From NCBI GenBank assembly GCA_937973635.1, contig CALJJZ010000017.1, positions 66,064 through 130,063 of the forward strand: 64,000 nucleotides of DNA. Direction: 5' to 3'. The stretch's first letter is position 1, and every line of letters starts with the position of its first letter. Shown here piece after piece: positions 39,125 through 48,002 of this stretch. The position numbers and the translations under genes are program-made. This stretch comes from an uncultured Bacillota bacterium (lineage in GTDB: Bacteria > Bacillota > Dethiobacteria > DTU022 > UBA8154). The notes beneath the pieces were generated by a model. That model worked only from the letters and a program-made list of their open reading frames with translations, did not search any database and had not been told where the DNA came from.

Positions 39125-40534
39125 GTGATACAGCTTTATAACACCCTCACAGGAAAAAAAGAACCTCTGGAACCGGTCAGGCCGGGTAAAGTAGGGATCT
39201 ATGCCTGCGGCCCCACCGTCTATGATTACTTTCATATCGGCAACGCCCGGGTTTTTGTTACCTTTGACGTCCTGCGCCGCTATCTGGCCTGTCGCGGCTA
39301 TGAGGTTACCTTTGTCCAGAATTATACGGATATCGACGATAAGATGATCCGGCGGGCCGCCGAGCTGGGGATTACCGTAGAAGAGCTGGCAGAGCGTTTT
39401 ATCCGCGCTTATGAGGAAGATGCCGGGGCCCTGGGCATCCGCCTGCCCGACCATCAGCCCCGGGCCACGGAGCATATTCCCCAGATTATCGCCATCATAG
39501 AAAAGCTCCTGGAGCGGGGGCTGGCCTATGTTGTGGAGGGTGATGTTTATTTCCAGGTGCAGGCTTTTCCCGCCTACGGCAAGCTTTCCCACCAGCCCCT
39601 GGAAGAGCTGGCCGCCGGGGCCAGGGTGGAAGTAGACCCGCGTAAGCGCCATCCCATGGATTTTGCCCTCTGGAAAAAGAAGAAAGAGGGGGAGCCGTCC
39701 TGGGAGAGCCCCTGGGGCGAGGGGCGCCCGGGCTGGCATATTGAATGTTCGGCCATGTCCATGCATTATCTGGGAGAAAGCTTTGACATCCACGCAGGAG
39801 GCCAGGACCTCATCTTCCCCCACCATGAAAACGAGGTGGCCCAGAGCGAAGGGGCGACGGGCAGGCCTTTTGCCCGTTACTGGATGCATGTGGGATACCT
39901 CAATATTAATAAAGAAAAGATGTCCAAAAGCCTGGGTAACGTGCTCAACGTGCGGGAAATGCGCAGGCAGTTTGACCCCCGGGCCATTCGTTTTTTCCTC
40001 CTCTCTGCCCATTACCGCAGCCCCTTGAATTTCTCACCGGAACAGCTGGAACAGTCCGCCAGGGCTCTGGAGCGCCTTGATACCCTGCTCTACAATATGC
40101 GGGAACGCCTGCCCCGTTTAAACAGTGCTCTGCCGGACCCCCAGGAGGAGGCACTGCTTAAGCTGCTGGCAGAATCGCGGCAGCGCTTTATCGCCGCCAT
40201 GGACGACGATTTTAACACGGCCGAAGGTATTGCCGTGCTCTTTGAGCTGGCCCGGGAGGCAAACATTTATTTAAATCGGCCGGAGGGACAAAAAGCAAAT
40301 CTGCTTAAACCCCTGCTCGATTTTTACGAGGAGATGGACGAGATTTTCGGCTTCGCCCGCCAGGAAGAGGTAACTCCCCTGGAAGCGGAGATTGCCGCCC
40401 TCATCGCCCGCCGTGACGAGGCACGCCGCCGCAAAGACTGGGCCGAGGCCGATGCTATCAGGGAGGCGTTGCGGGAAAAAGGGATTATCCTGGAGGATAC
40501 GCCCGGCGGTGTGCGCTGGAGGTATAAAGAGTGA
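39125..40534 (+). CDS. cysS: Cysteine--tRNA ligase
   Basis: Class I HIGN and KMSKS motifs, zinc-binding Cys; GTG 39125 after GAAGGAGG RBS (ORF track start 39092). Confidence 0.9.
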   Translation: MIQLYNTLTGKKEPLEPVRPGKVGIYACGPTVYDYFHIGNARVFVTFDVLRRYLACRGYEVTFVQNYTDIDDKMIRRAAELGITVEELAERFIRAYEEDAGALGIRLPDHQPRATEHIPQIIAIIEKLLERGLAYVVEGDVYFQVQAFPAYGKLSHQPLEELAAGARVEVDPRKRHPMDFALWKKKKEGEPSWESPWGEGRPGWHIECSAMSMHYLGESFDIHAGGQDLIFPHHENEVAQSEGATGRPFARYWMHVGYLNINKEKMSKSLGNVLNVREMRRQFDPRAIRFFLLSAHYRSPLNFSPEQLEQSARALERLDTLLYNMRERLPRLNSALPDPQEEALLKLLAESRQRFIAAMDDDFNTAEGIAVLFELAREANIYLNRPEGQKANLLKPLLDFYEEMDEIFGFARQEEVTPLEAEIAALIARRDEARRRKDWAEADAIREALREKGIILEDTPGGVRWRYKE

Positions 40535-40570
40535 AGCGGGCCGGGTGCGGCAGCAAAAGCAAAAATAAAG

Positions 40571-41440
40571 TTGAAATATCCAGGCCTGGAGAGTGTATCA
40601 ATGACACGGCATAAAAGAAAAATTCCGCCGTTGCCCCGGGGTGGAGAAAGGCGCGGCCCCGCCCGCGGGGAGGATTATGACCTGATCTGGGGACGCCAGC
40701 CTGTGCGGGAAGCCCTTTCAAACTCCCTGCCCTTGCACAGGGTTATGCTCCAGGAGGGCTCCCAGGGCCCTGTGGTGGCGGAGATCAAACAGCTGGCGGC
40801 GCAGCGGGGCATACCCCTGGAGCTGGTCCCCCGTATGCAGCTCGATGGGCTGGCCGGGGGCGAGAACCATCAGGGGGTGGCAGCCGCCATAGCCCCGTAC
40901 CGCTACCGGGACTTAGACGAGCTGTTGGGGACAAAAAGCCGCTCTCCTCTGCCTTCTTTTTTGCTGATCTTGGACCACCTGCAGGATCCCCGCAACCTTG
41001 GGTCTTTGCTGCGCACTGCTGCCGCTGCCGGGGCGGACGGCGTTTTGCTTCCCCGCGACCGGGCCTGCGGCATTACGCCCGTGGTCTATAAAACATCGGC
41101 AGGCGCCCTTTTTGATCTTCCCGTAGCCCGGGTTGTGAATATTGGCCAGGAGATCGACCGCCTTAAAGGGCGCGGCTTCTGGATTGCCGGCGCCCACCTC
41201 ACCGGCGCGCAGCCTTTTTATACAGCGGAGCTGCCCTTTCCCCTGGCCCTGGTCCTGGGGGGCGAAGGGAAAGGCCTTTCCCGTCTGGTGCGGGAAAAAT
41301 GCGACATTCTGCTCCATATCCCCATGGCAGGGCGGGTTTCGTCCCTTAACGTGGCCGTAGCCGGCGGTATTATCATGTATGAGATCTACCGCCGCCGCGC
41401 CAGACTGCCGGCAGAGGGAGGCCCGGCATGTCCCTGTTGA
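40571..41440 (+). CDS. rlmB: 23S rRNA (guanosine-2'-O)-methyltransferase RlmB (TrmH/SpoU family)
   Basis: SpoU substrate-binding N-domain plus SPOUT core (GAHLTG..., LVLGGEGKGLS); basic N-terminal extension; start approximate. Confidence 0.85.
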   Translation: MKYPGLESVSMTRHKRKIPPLPRGGERRGPARGEDYDLIWGRQPVREALSNSLPLHRVMLQEGSQGPVVAEIKQLAAQRGIPLELVPRMQLDGLAGGENHQGVAAAIAPYRYRDLDELLGTKSRSPLPSFLLILDHLQDPRNLGSLLRTAAAAGADGVLLPRDRACGITPVVYKTSAGALFDLPVARVVNIGQEIDRLKGRGFWIAGAHLTGAQPFYTAELPFPLALVLGGEGKGLSRLVREKCDILLHIPMAGRVSSLNVAVAGGIIMYEIYRRRARLPAEGGPACPC

Positions 41441-41931
41441 TCGTGGACGGTTACAACATTATCAACAACTGGCCCGAATTCAGGTTGCTGCGCGAAGAAA
41501 ACATGGAAGGGGCCAGACTCAAGCTGATAGAGCTCCTGCAGGATTACGTCCCCCTGTCCTGGCAGAAAATCATCGTTGTTTTCGATGCTTACCGGGTGAA
41601 AAAACAGGTGCTGAGCGTGGAACAATACGGGGGGCTGGAAGTGGTTTTTACTGCCGAGGGGCAGACGGCCGATGCCTATATCGAACGCCGGGTGACGGTG
41701 CTGGTGGAAGAAGGGATGGACGTGGAAGTAGCTTCTTCCGATTATATGGAGCAAAATATCATCCTCTGGAAAGGCGGCCGGCGCATCTCCGCCAGGGAGC
41801 TGAAAGAGCGCCTGCAGGCCATACGGCAGGAACTTTTTGCCGCTTTTCCTTCCTGCACCGAATATGCTTTGCTGGATGAACGGCTGCCTCACGGGGTAAA
41901 AACCGTGCTGGAAAAATGGCGCCGCCGCTGA
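41428..41931 (+). CDS. yacP: YacP/Rae1-like NYN-domain ribonuclease
   Basis: MSLLIVDGYNIINNWPE... NYN/PIN-like N-terminus; conserved position between rlmB and sigH. Confidence 0.8.
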   Translation: MSLLIVDGYNIINNWPEFRLLREENMEGARLKLIELLQDYVPLSWQKIIVVFDAYRVKKQVLSVEQYGGLEVVFTAEGQTADAYIERRVTVLVEEGMDVEVASSDYMEQNIILWKGGRRISARELKERLQAIRQELFAAFPSCTEYALLDERLPHGVKTVLEKWRRR

Positions 41932-41953
41932 GGCCGGTTATGCAGGCGTTAAA

Positions 41954-42715
41954 ATGCTTGACGCTGATACAGGCTTAGGATATAATAGCAACGGTGATAT
42001 TGTCCCAGATGAGATTATGGAGGCGATGCTGGTGGTCTTAATGGCTCGTGATTTGCGGGAGAACGATGGGACATGTTTGGAGATGGACCCTGTCAGACTC
42101 GAAGAGTACGTGGGCCGAAGCGATGAGGAAGTAGCAGGAGAAGCAAAAGACGGAAATGGCATCGCCCTGGAATATCTGATCAATAAATACAAAAATTTTG
42201 TCAAAGCCAAAGCCCGCTCATATTTTTTGATTGGTGCGGACAGAGAAGATATTATCCAGGAAGGCATGATCGGGCTGTATAAGGCGATCCGTGATTTTAA
42301 AGGAAACAAGCTCTCCTCGTTCCGTGCCTTCGCCGAACTGTGTATCACCCGCCAGATTATCACAGCCATCAAAACGGCTACCCGCCAGAAGCACATTCCC
42401 CTTAATTCTTATGTTTCCCTAAATAAGCCCATTTATGACGACGATTCGGACAGGACCCTCCTGGACATCCTTTCAGGCACTAAGATCACAGACCCGGAAG
42501 AATTGATGATTAACCGGGAAGAATATAATGATATAGAGTTTAAAATGGGGGAGATCTTGAGCGATCTGGAATGGCGCGTGCTTATGCTCTACCTGGAAGG
42601 TAAATCTTACCAGGAGATCGCCGCAGAACTCTCCCGGCATGTAAAATCCATCGACAATGCCCTGCAGCGTGTCAAGCGCAAGCTGGAGCGCTACCTGGAG
42701 GTCAGGCGGGTGTAG
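41954..42715 (+). CDS. sigH: RNA polymerase sporulation sigma factor SigH
   Basis: Near-identity over long blocks to Bacillus SigH (LITKYRNFVRAKARSYFLIGADREDI.QEGMIGLYK.IRDFK..KL.SF.AFAELCITRQIITAIKTATRQKHIPLNSY); start uncertain. Confidence 0.85.
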   Translation: MLDADTGLGYNSNGDIVPDEIMEAMLVVLMARDLRENDGTCLEMDPVRLEEYVGRSDEEVAGEAKDGNGIALEYLINKYKNFVKAKARSYFLIGADREDIIQEGMIGLYKAIRDFKGNKLSSFRAFAELCITRQIITAIKTATRQKHIPLNSYVSLNKPIYDDDSDRTLLDILSGTKITDPEELMINREEYNDIEFKMGEILSDLEWRVLMLYLEGKSYQEIAAELSRHVKSIDNALQRVKRKLERYLEVRRV

Positions 42716-42779
42716 CTCAATGGCAGAGCCCTGGCTTCCCAAGCCAGTCGCGTGGGTTCGATTCCCATCACCCGCTCCA
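42706..42779 (+). tRNA. tRNA-Gly (anticodon CCC)
   Basis: Acceptor stem GCGGGTG/CACCCGC, D-arm TAGCTCAATGGCAGAGC, anticodon loop TTCCCAA, T-arm GTGGGTTCGATTCCCAT, discriminator U, encoded CCA; 5' 10 nt overlap the sigH stop codon. Confidence 0.8.
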
Positions 42780-42795
42780 TAAGTTAAAAGCACAG

Positions 42796-42827
42796 CCCTC
42801 TCCCGGAAAACCGGAGGGAGGGTTTTT
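42796..42827 (+). terminator. Rho-independent terminator after tRNA-Gly
   Basis: GC-rich hairpin CCCTCTCCCGG-AAAA-CCGGAGGGAGGG followed by TTTTT. Confidence 0.6.
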
Positions 42828-42968
42828 AATTTTGCAGAGCCCTTAAGGCGGCAGGCCCGGGCGAAGTGTTATAAAAATTTAACATTATTGTTAATTATTT
42901 TTAAAGCTGCCAGACGCAAGTAATGGTATAATTATCTTGTCAGGTCTCTTATAGAAAGGTGGGATACC

Positions 42969-43268
42969 ATGACGGTCCAGCAATGTGAACAGGAAGTGGT
43001 TATTCAACTGGATAAGAGATTGAACGTCAATAATTCCCAGGAGCTAAAAGAGATGGTTTTGCGCCTTTTTGGGCAGGGTTACCGCCGCATCACCCTCGAT
43101 TTTTCCCGGGCCAGCATGATCGACGCCTCGGGGCTGGGGAAAATTATAGCCCTGCAAAAGAAACTTAACGAGCAGCAGGGCGAACTGCGCCTTATCAATG
43201 TTATAAACAAATACGTGCAGCGGGTTTTTGACCTGGTGCAGCTGGAGAAAGTGGTAAACATTAGTTAG
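42969..43268 (+). CDS. STAS-domain anti-sigma-factor antagonist (SpoIIAA-like), stand-alone
   Basis: 99 aa; ...DFSRASMIDASGLG... conserved serine region; no adjacent anti-sigma kinase or PP2C gene. Confidence 0.7.
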   Translation: MTVQQCEQEVVIQLDKRLNVNNSQELKEMVLRLFGQGYRRITLDFSRASMIDASGLGKIIALQKKLNEQQGELRLINVINKYVQRVFDLVQLEKVVNIS

Positions 43269-43340
43269 TTTTTCTTAAAAGGGGCAAGGAGAGTGGGCTT
43301 TGGCCCTTGACAGGGGCAAAAAAATCCTGTATTTTTTAAA

Positions 43341-43405
43341 TGCAATTAATTTGCAAATAAGAAGGTACGGGATTTTTTTTGCGCCCTATATGCAATTAAG
43401 TTGCA
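43341..43405 (+). promoter_or_regulatory. Two similar inverted repeats (TGCAA-N5-TTGCA) upstream of znuA, candidate Zur operators
   Basis: TGCAATTAATTTGCA (43341-43355) and TGCAATTAAGTTGCA (43391-43405), 50 bp apart, within 100 bp of the znuA start. Confidence 0.4.
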
Positions 43406-43435
43406 TCTAGAGAAGGGCGGGAAAGGAGTATAAAA

Positions 43436-44515
43436 ATGTTTTGGCTAAAACGTAAATCTCTTTTTGTCGTCCTCTTTCTTGCTATCCTGTTTTTATTCTG
43501 GGGGACGTTGCTCGGAGGTTGCGCCGGAGGTAATGCCCCAAGGGAAACGGAAAAAGAGGTTTTGCCCGCTGCCGACCCGGATGAGCCCGGGAAAAGGGAA
43601 GAGCAGCTGGAGACAGTGAAGGTAGTTACCACCATCTTCCCGCTGGCAGAGATTATCCGGCAGGTGGGCGGAGAGGGAGTGGAGGTGACCCAGCTGCTGC
43701 CGGCGGGAGCCAGCCCCCATACTTACGAACCCAGCGTGGAGCAGGCCAGGGCTGTGGCCGGGGCCGATCTGGTTATCTTTATCGGGGGAGGCCTGGACAA
43801 CTGGGCCGTAAAGCTGGCGGAAGGAGCACCCCGGGTGCGCCTGCTGGAGATCATGCCCCTGGCGGAGGATTACCTCCTTGACTATGCCCCCCTGCAGCTG
43901 CCCCATGAGGAAGAGCAGGGCCATGACCATGACCACGCTCATGGCGAGTATGGTGACCACGACCACGGCGATATGGAGGGGCACCAGCACCACCACGGCC
44001 CCTACGATCCCCATCTCTGGCTCGACCCCCTGCTAGTCAGGGATCTGGTGGCTCCTCTTGTGGAGACAGCCCTCTCATCTGTAAACCCGGATTGGCAGGA
44101 GCTTTTTAAGAAGAACCTCAGCCGTTTTCAACATGAACTGACTGTGTTACACGAAGAGATCGCCGCCCGGGTGGCTTTGTTCAGGCAGCGGCGCTTTATC
44201 TCCTACCATTCAGCCTGGAATTATTACGCTCACCGCTACGGCCTGGAAGAAGTGGCAGCGGTGGAGGAATTTCCCGGCAAAGAGCCTTCGGCCCGTTGGA
44301 TGGCGGAGCTGATTAAACTGGCTGCCCGGTATGAGATCAAAGTGCTTTTTGCCGAGCCCCAGCTGGGCGGCAACACGGCGGAAGTCATTGCCCAGGAAAT
44401 AGGCGGAGAGGTTCTGATCCTCGATCCTCTGGGCGGGCCGGGGATCCCAGGCCGTGATAATTATTTTGCCCTGCTCCATTATAACACGGAGATTTTGGCC
44501 CGGGCCATGGAGTAA
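43436..44515 (+). CDS. znuA: Zinc ABC transporter substrate-binding lipoprotein (ZnuA/TroA family)
   Basis: Lipobox LLGGCAGG; His/Asp-rich loop HDHDHAHGEYGDHDHGDMEGHQHHH; cluster 9 SBP fold. Confidence 0.85.
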   Translation: MFWLKRKSLFVVLFLAILFLFWGTLLGGCAGGNAPRETEKEVLPAADPDEPGKREEQLETVKVVTTIFPLAEIIRQVGGEGVEVTQLLPAGASPHTYEPSVEQARAVAGADLVIFIGGGLDNWAVKLAEGAPRVRLLEIMPLAEDYLLDYAPLQLPHEEEQGHDHDHAHGEYGDHDHGDMEGHQHHHGPYDPHLWLDPLLVRDLVAPLVETALSSVNPDWQELFKKNLSRFQHELTVLHEEIAARVALFRQRRFISYHSAWNYYAHRYGLEEVAAVEEFPGKEPSARWMAELIKLAARYEIKVLFAEPQLGGNTAEVIAQEIGGEVLILDPLGGPGIPGRDNYFALLHYNTEILARAME

Positions 44516-44557
44516 TTTGGCCATTTATTTATTTCTCCGGTTATGTTAATATTTTAG

Positions 44558-45358
44558 ATGGAATATTTTTGCAAACAGGTGCAAAGGGGTAACGCGCTAA
44601 CGATGGACCCTCTGGTGGAGATCAGGGAGCTGGATTTTGCCCTGAATGGTAGCTATATCCTGGAAAAGATCAACCTGGAGATCGAGGCCGGGGAGATGGT
44701 GGGCATTATCGGCCCCAACGGCGCCGGCAAGACTACGCTGCTGCGCCTGCTCCTGGGCCTGATCTGGCAGACGGGGGGAGAGATAAAAATTTTTGGCCTT
44801 TCCCCTTCTCGCCTGGGCAGAAAACGCGAAGCCATCGGCTATATGCCCCAGCGCCCGGCGTTGGACCGCCGCTTCCCTCTCTCTGTCCTGGACGTGGTCT
44901 TTATGGGGTTGCACACGCCGGCCACGCTGGGACGGCCCCTGACGCGGGAAAGGCGGGAAAAGGGGCGCCGCAGTCTGGAACAGGTGGGACTGGCTGCCCT
45001 GCAGGACAGACCTTTTGGAGAGCTCTCCGGCGGGGAGCAGCAACGGGTTTTTCTGGCTCGGGCGCTCTGCCGCGAACCGCAGCTTTTGCTCCTGGACGAA
45101 CCCAATGCCGGCCTGGATCTCCCCACCCAGCACCATTTCTTTAATTTGCTGCAGCAGCTGCAAAAGGAGCACAACCTGACTGTCATCATGGTTTCCCACG
45201 ACCTGGCAGCCATTGCCCGCTACGCCCACCGGCTTGTCTGCATCAACCGTACCATGCACGTGCATGGCAGGCCCGGCGAGGTGCTAAGCAGCCCCCACCT
45301 GGAAAAAGCCTATCGCTGCGAATTCGATCTGCTCCTGGGGTGGAAAGGGGGAAAATAA
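44558..45358 (+). CDS. znuC: Zinc ABC transporter ATP-binding protein
   Basis: Walker A GPNGAGKTT, signature LSGGEQQR, Walker B LLLDEP; start may be ATG 44603. Confidence 0.85.
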   Translation: MEYFCKQVQRGNALTMDPLVEIRELDFALNGSYILEKINLEIEAGEMVGIIGPNGAGKTTLLRLLLGLIWQTGGEIKIFGLSPSRLGRKREAIGYMPQRPALDRRFPLSVLDVVFMGLHTPATLGRPLTRERREKGRRSLEQVGLAALQDRPFGELSGGEQQRVFLARALCREPQLLLLDEPNAGLDLPTQHHFFNLLQQLQKEHNLTVIMVSHDLAAIARYAHRLVCINRTMHVHGRPGEVLSSPHLEKAYRCEFDLLLGWKGGK

Positions 45359-45359
45359 A

Positions 45360-46151
45360 ATGGAGATATTTAGCTACGCTTTTATGCAGCGGGCTTTCCT
45401 GGCCGTTGTGCTGGTTGGCCTGCTTTGTTCCACCCTCTCTTTTTTTGTGGTCCTGAACAGGCTCTCTTTCATGGGCGCAGGGATTTCCCACTCCATCTTG
45501 GGCGGAATTGCCATCGGCGTGCTGGCTGGAATCAATCCCCTTTACAGCGGGGCCGTCTTTGCTGTCTTTGTTGCCCTGCTGATTGGCTATCTCAGCAAAC
45601 AGGGGAAAATACAGGAAGATACCCTCATCGGCATCTTTTATGCCAGCGGCATGGCCCTGGGTATTATGCTCATCAGCTTCAAACAGGGTTATTATCCGGA
45701 ACTGTTCAGTTTCCTTTTTGGCAATGTGCTGGCCGTTTCCAGGGAGGATCTACATTTTCTGGCTGTGGTCATGGTTCTGGTGCTCCTTTATCTTCTTCTT
45801 TTTTTTAAGGAATTGTTGACTGTTTCCTTTGACGAGGAGCTGGCCAGAGCCTCCGGCCTGCCGGCAACTTTTTTATATCTGGGGCTCTTGGCCTGTTTGG
45901 CCCTGACTGTCATTGTCGCGGTAAAGGTGGTGGGGGTTGTCCTGGCCTCGGCCCTGCTGGTTATCCCCGCTGCTACCGGCTACCGCCTGAGCAAAAACTA
46001 CCGCCCCATGCTTGGTCTTTCACTGCTCGTCGGTGTGGTTTCCGGCCTGGCCGGACTCTTCCTTTCGTATTACCTCAATATTCCTTCCGGTGCGGCCATT
46101 GTCCTCTGTGCTGCTGCTATTTTTTTCCTTTCTTTTTTTGCCCGAAGATAA
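45360..46151 (+). CDS. znuB: Zinc ABC transporter permease
   Basis: Eight-helix ABC-3 permease; immediately follows znuC. Confidence 0.85.
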   Translation: MEIFSYAFMQRAFLAVVLVGLLCSTLSFFVVLNRLSFMGAGISHSILGGIAIGVLAGINPLYSGAVFAVFVALLIGYLSKQGKIQEDTLIGIFYASGMALGIMLISFKQGYYPELFSFLFGNVLAVSREDLHFLAVVMVLVLLYLLLFFKELLTVSFDEELARASGLPATFLYLGLLACLALTVIVAVKVVGVVLASALLVIPAATGYRLSKNYRPMLGLSLLVGVVSGLAGLFLSYYLNIPSGAAIVLCAAAIFFLSFFARR

Positions 46152-46200
46152 GGCCCGTTTTACTTACAAATTAATCAATTTGGAAAGAAGGTCGGATTAA

Positions 46201-46647
46201 ATGCACGGGGAAAGCAATGAGACAGCCATAAACATCCTCTACCAGGCCGGCTTGAAACGGACGCCCGGCCGCATTGCCCTGCTCAAACTGCTCCTCAGCA
46301 GCCCCCATCCCCTTTCCCAGCAGGAGATCGCCAGCCGCCTGGAAAAAGTACGCCTCAACAGGGTAAGTATCTACCGTTCCCTCCATACCTTTCTGCAAAG
46401 CGGCATCGTGCACCGCGTGGAAAGCGGGGACCGGACCTGGCGTTTTGCCGTCTGTGGTTGCGGCAGCCGCGGCCATTGCCACCCCCATTTTATCTGCTCC
46501 CGCTGCGGCAGGGTAGAGTGCCTGAGCGGCTTTAAGATGCCGGAAACGGGGTACCTACAGCCGGGTTACGTGGTGGAAGAGCAGGAGCTTTACCTGCGCG
46601 GCCGCTGCGCCACTTGTACCGGTGCGGTGACAGGAGACGGCTCTTAG
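46201..46647 (+). CDS. zur: Fur-family metalloregulator, Zur-like
   Basis: Fur-family winged helix; C-terminal Cys/His (CGC...HCHPHFICSRCG); last gene of the znu operon. Confidence 0.8.
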   Translation: MHGESNETAINILYQAGLKRTPGRIALLKLLLSSPHPLSQQEIASRLEKVRLNRVSIYRSLHTFLQSGIVHRVESGDRTWRFAVCGCGSRGHCHPHFICSRCGRVECLSGFKMPETGYLQPGYVVEEQELYLRGRCATCTGAVTGDGS

Positions 46648-48002
46648 CAGTTCTTAATTGCCACCTTTTTCTCCCCTGCTTCTTTCCCGGTTATAACCTC
46701 CTCGCTCCCGGTTATAACTTCCTTGTTTCCTTCTGTGCTCTCCTGCTCCAGGCCGAAGATCCGCCGCACAAATTTTTCTGCGGTAGAAAAATCTTCCTGC
46801 AGACAGAGGTCTTTAATGGCCAGGAGCGGCTCTTTGAGCAGGGCGGCGGTGAGGCTCCGCGTCAGCTTGTCTGCCAGCTGCTGTTCCCGGGTCGGGAGGG
46901 AGGCGATCTGGAATTGTTCCAGCCTGGCTTGCCGCAGCTGTTCCGCCTTCTGGCGCAGGGTGGTAATGAGAGGGATGGCCTGCTGGCGCCGGTACCAGCG
47001 TAAAAACTCCCCTGCCTGCTCCGCCACAATGCTCTTTGCCTTAGCAGCCTCCCTTTCCCGCACTTTAAGGTTCTCGTTAATGATAAACTGCAGGTCGTCC
47101 AGGTTGTAGAGGTGTACCCCTTCAAGCTCTGCCACGGCAGGTTCGACGTTGCGGGGTACTGCCAGATCGATGAGTAAGAGAGGCCGTTCCTTCGCTGTCC
47201 GGCGTGCCTGCTGCAGCCGTTCCACATTGATAATATAGTGGGGTGCCTGGGTAGCGCAGATGACCACGTCGGCCCTGGACAATCCCTCGGCAAGGCGGGT
47301 GAAATTGAGCACTTTACCCTGGAAACGTTGGGCCAGGGCCGACGCCCTCTCTTGGCGCCGGCTGGCTACGATTACTTCCCGTGCTCCCAGGGCAAAGAGG
47401 TTTTGCAGCGTTAATTTGGCCATCTCTCCGGTGCCGATGACCATGAGAGTCCGGTTGTGCAGGGAGTCAAAGAGCAGCTTGGCCACCTCTACGGCGGCAT
47501 AACCAAAAGAGACGGCATGTTGCCCGAGGGCCGTCAAAGTATGGACTTTTTTCCCCGTGGCCAGGGCTTTCTGGCAGAGGTTGTGCAGCAAAGCGCCTGT
47601 GGTGCCGGCGGCCTTGCTCAGGAAGTAGGCCTCCTTGACCTGGCCCAGGATCTGTGTTTCCCCCAGCACCATGGAATCGAGGCCGCAGGCCACGCTGAAA
47701 AGGTGCCGTACCGCCTCTGCTTCTTCCCGGATATAGAGGGTCGGGGGCCCCAGCCCTTCCAGGTGCTGCTTTTTTACCTCCTGAAAGAAATCCTGGAAAC
47801 CGGCCAGCAGTTTTTCGTTCCCTTCGCAGATGGCATAGAGCTCGGTGCGGTTGCAGGTGCTCAGAAGAAAACATTCGGCAATGCCTTTCTTTTGCCGGAA
47901 GTATGCCAGGGCTTCAGGTATTTCCTTTTCCTGCAGAGTGAGTTTTTCACGGAGCTCCAAAGCTGCGTGCCGGTGATTCAGGCCTACCAGCACAAGCGGC
48001 AT
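46644..48002 (-). CDS. hemA: Glutamyl-tRNA reductase
   Basis: MPLVLVGLNHRHAALELREKL N-terminus, NAD(P)-binding GTGEMA; ATG shares one base with the cbiO stop (TAATG). Confidence 0.9.
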   Translation of the reverse strand: MPLVLVGLNHRHAALELREKLTLQEKEIPEALAYFRQKKGIAECFLLSTCNRTELYAICEGNEKLLAGFQDFFQEVKKQHLEGLGPPTLYIREEAEAVRHLFSVACGLDSMVLGETQILGQVKEAYFLSKAAGTTGALLHNLCQKALATGKKVHTLTALGQHAVSFGYAAVEVAKLLFDSLHNRTLMVIGTGEMAKLTLQNLFALGAREVIVASRRQERASALAQRFQGKVLNFTRLAEGLSRADVVICATQAPHYIINVERLQQARRTAKERPLLLIDLAVPRNVEPAVAELEGVHLYNLDDLQFIINENLKVREREAAKAKSIVAEQAGEFLRWYRRQQAIPLITTLRQKAEQLRQARLEQFQIASLPTREQQLADKLTRSLTAALLKEPLLAIKDLCLQEDFSTAEKFVRRIFGLEQESTEGNKEVITGSEEVITGKEAGEKKVAIKNC

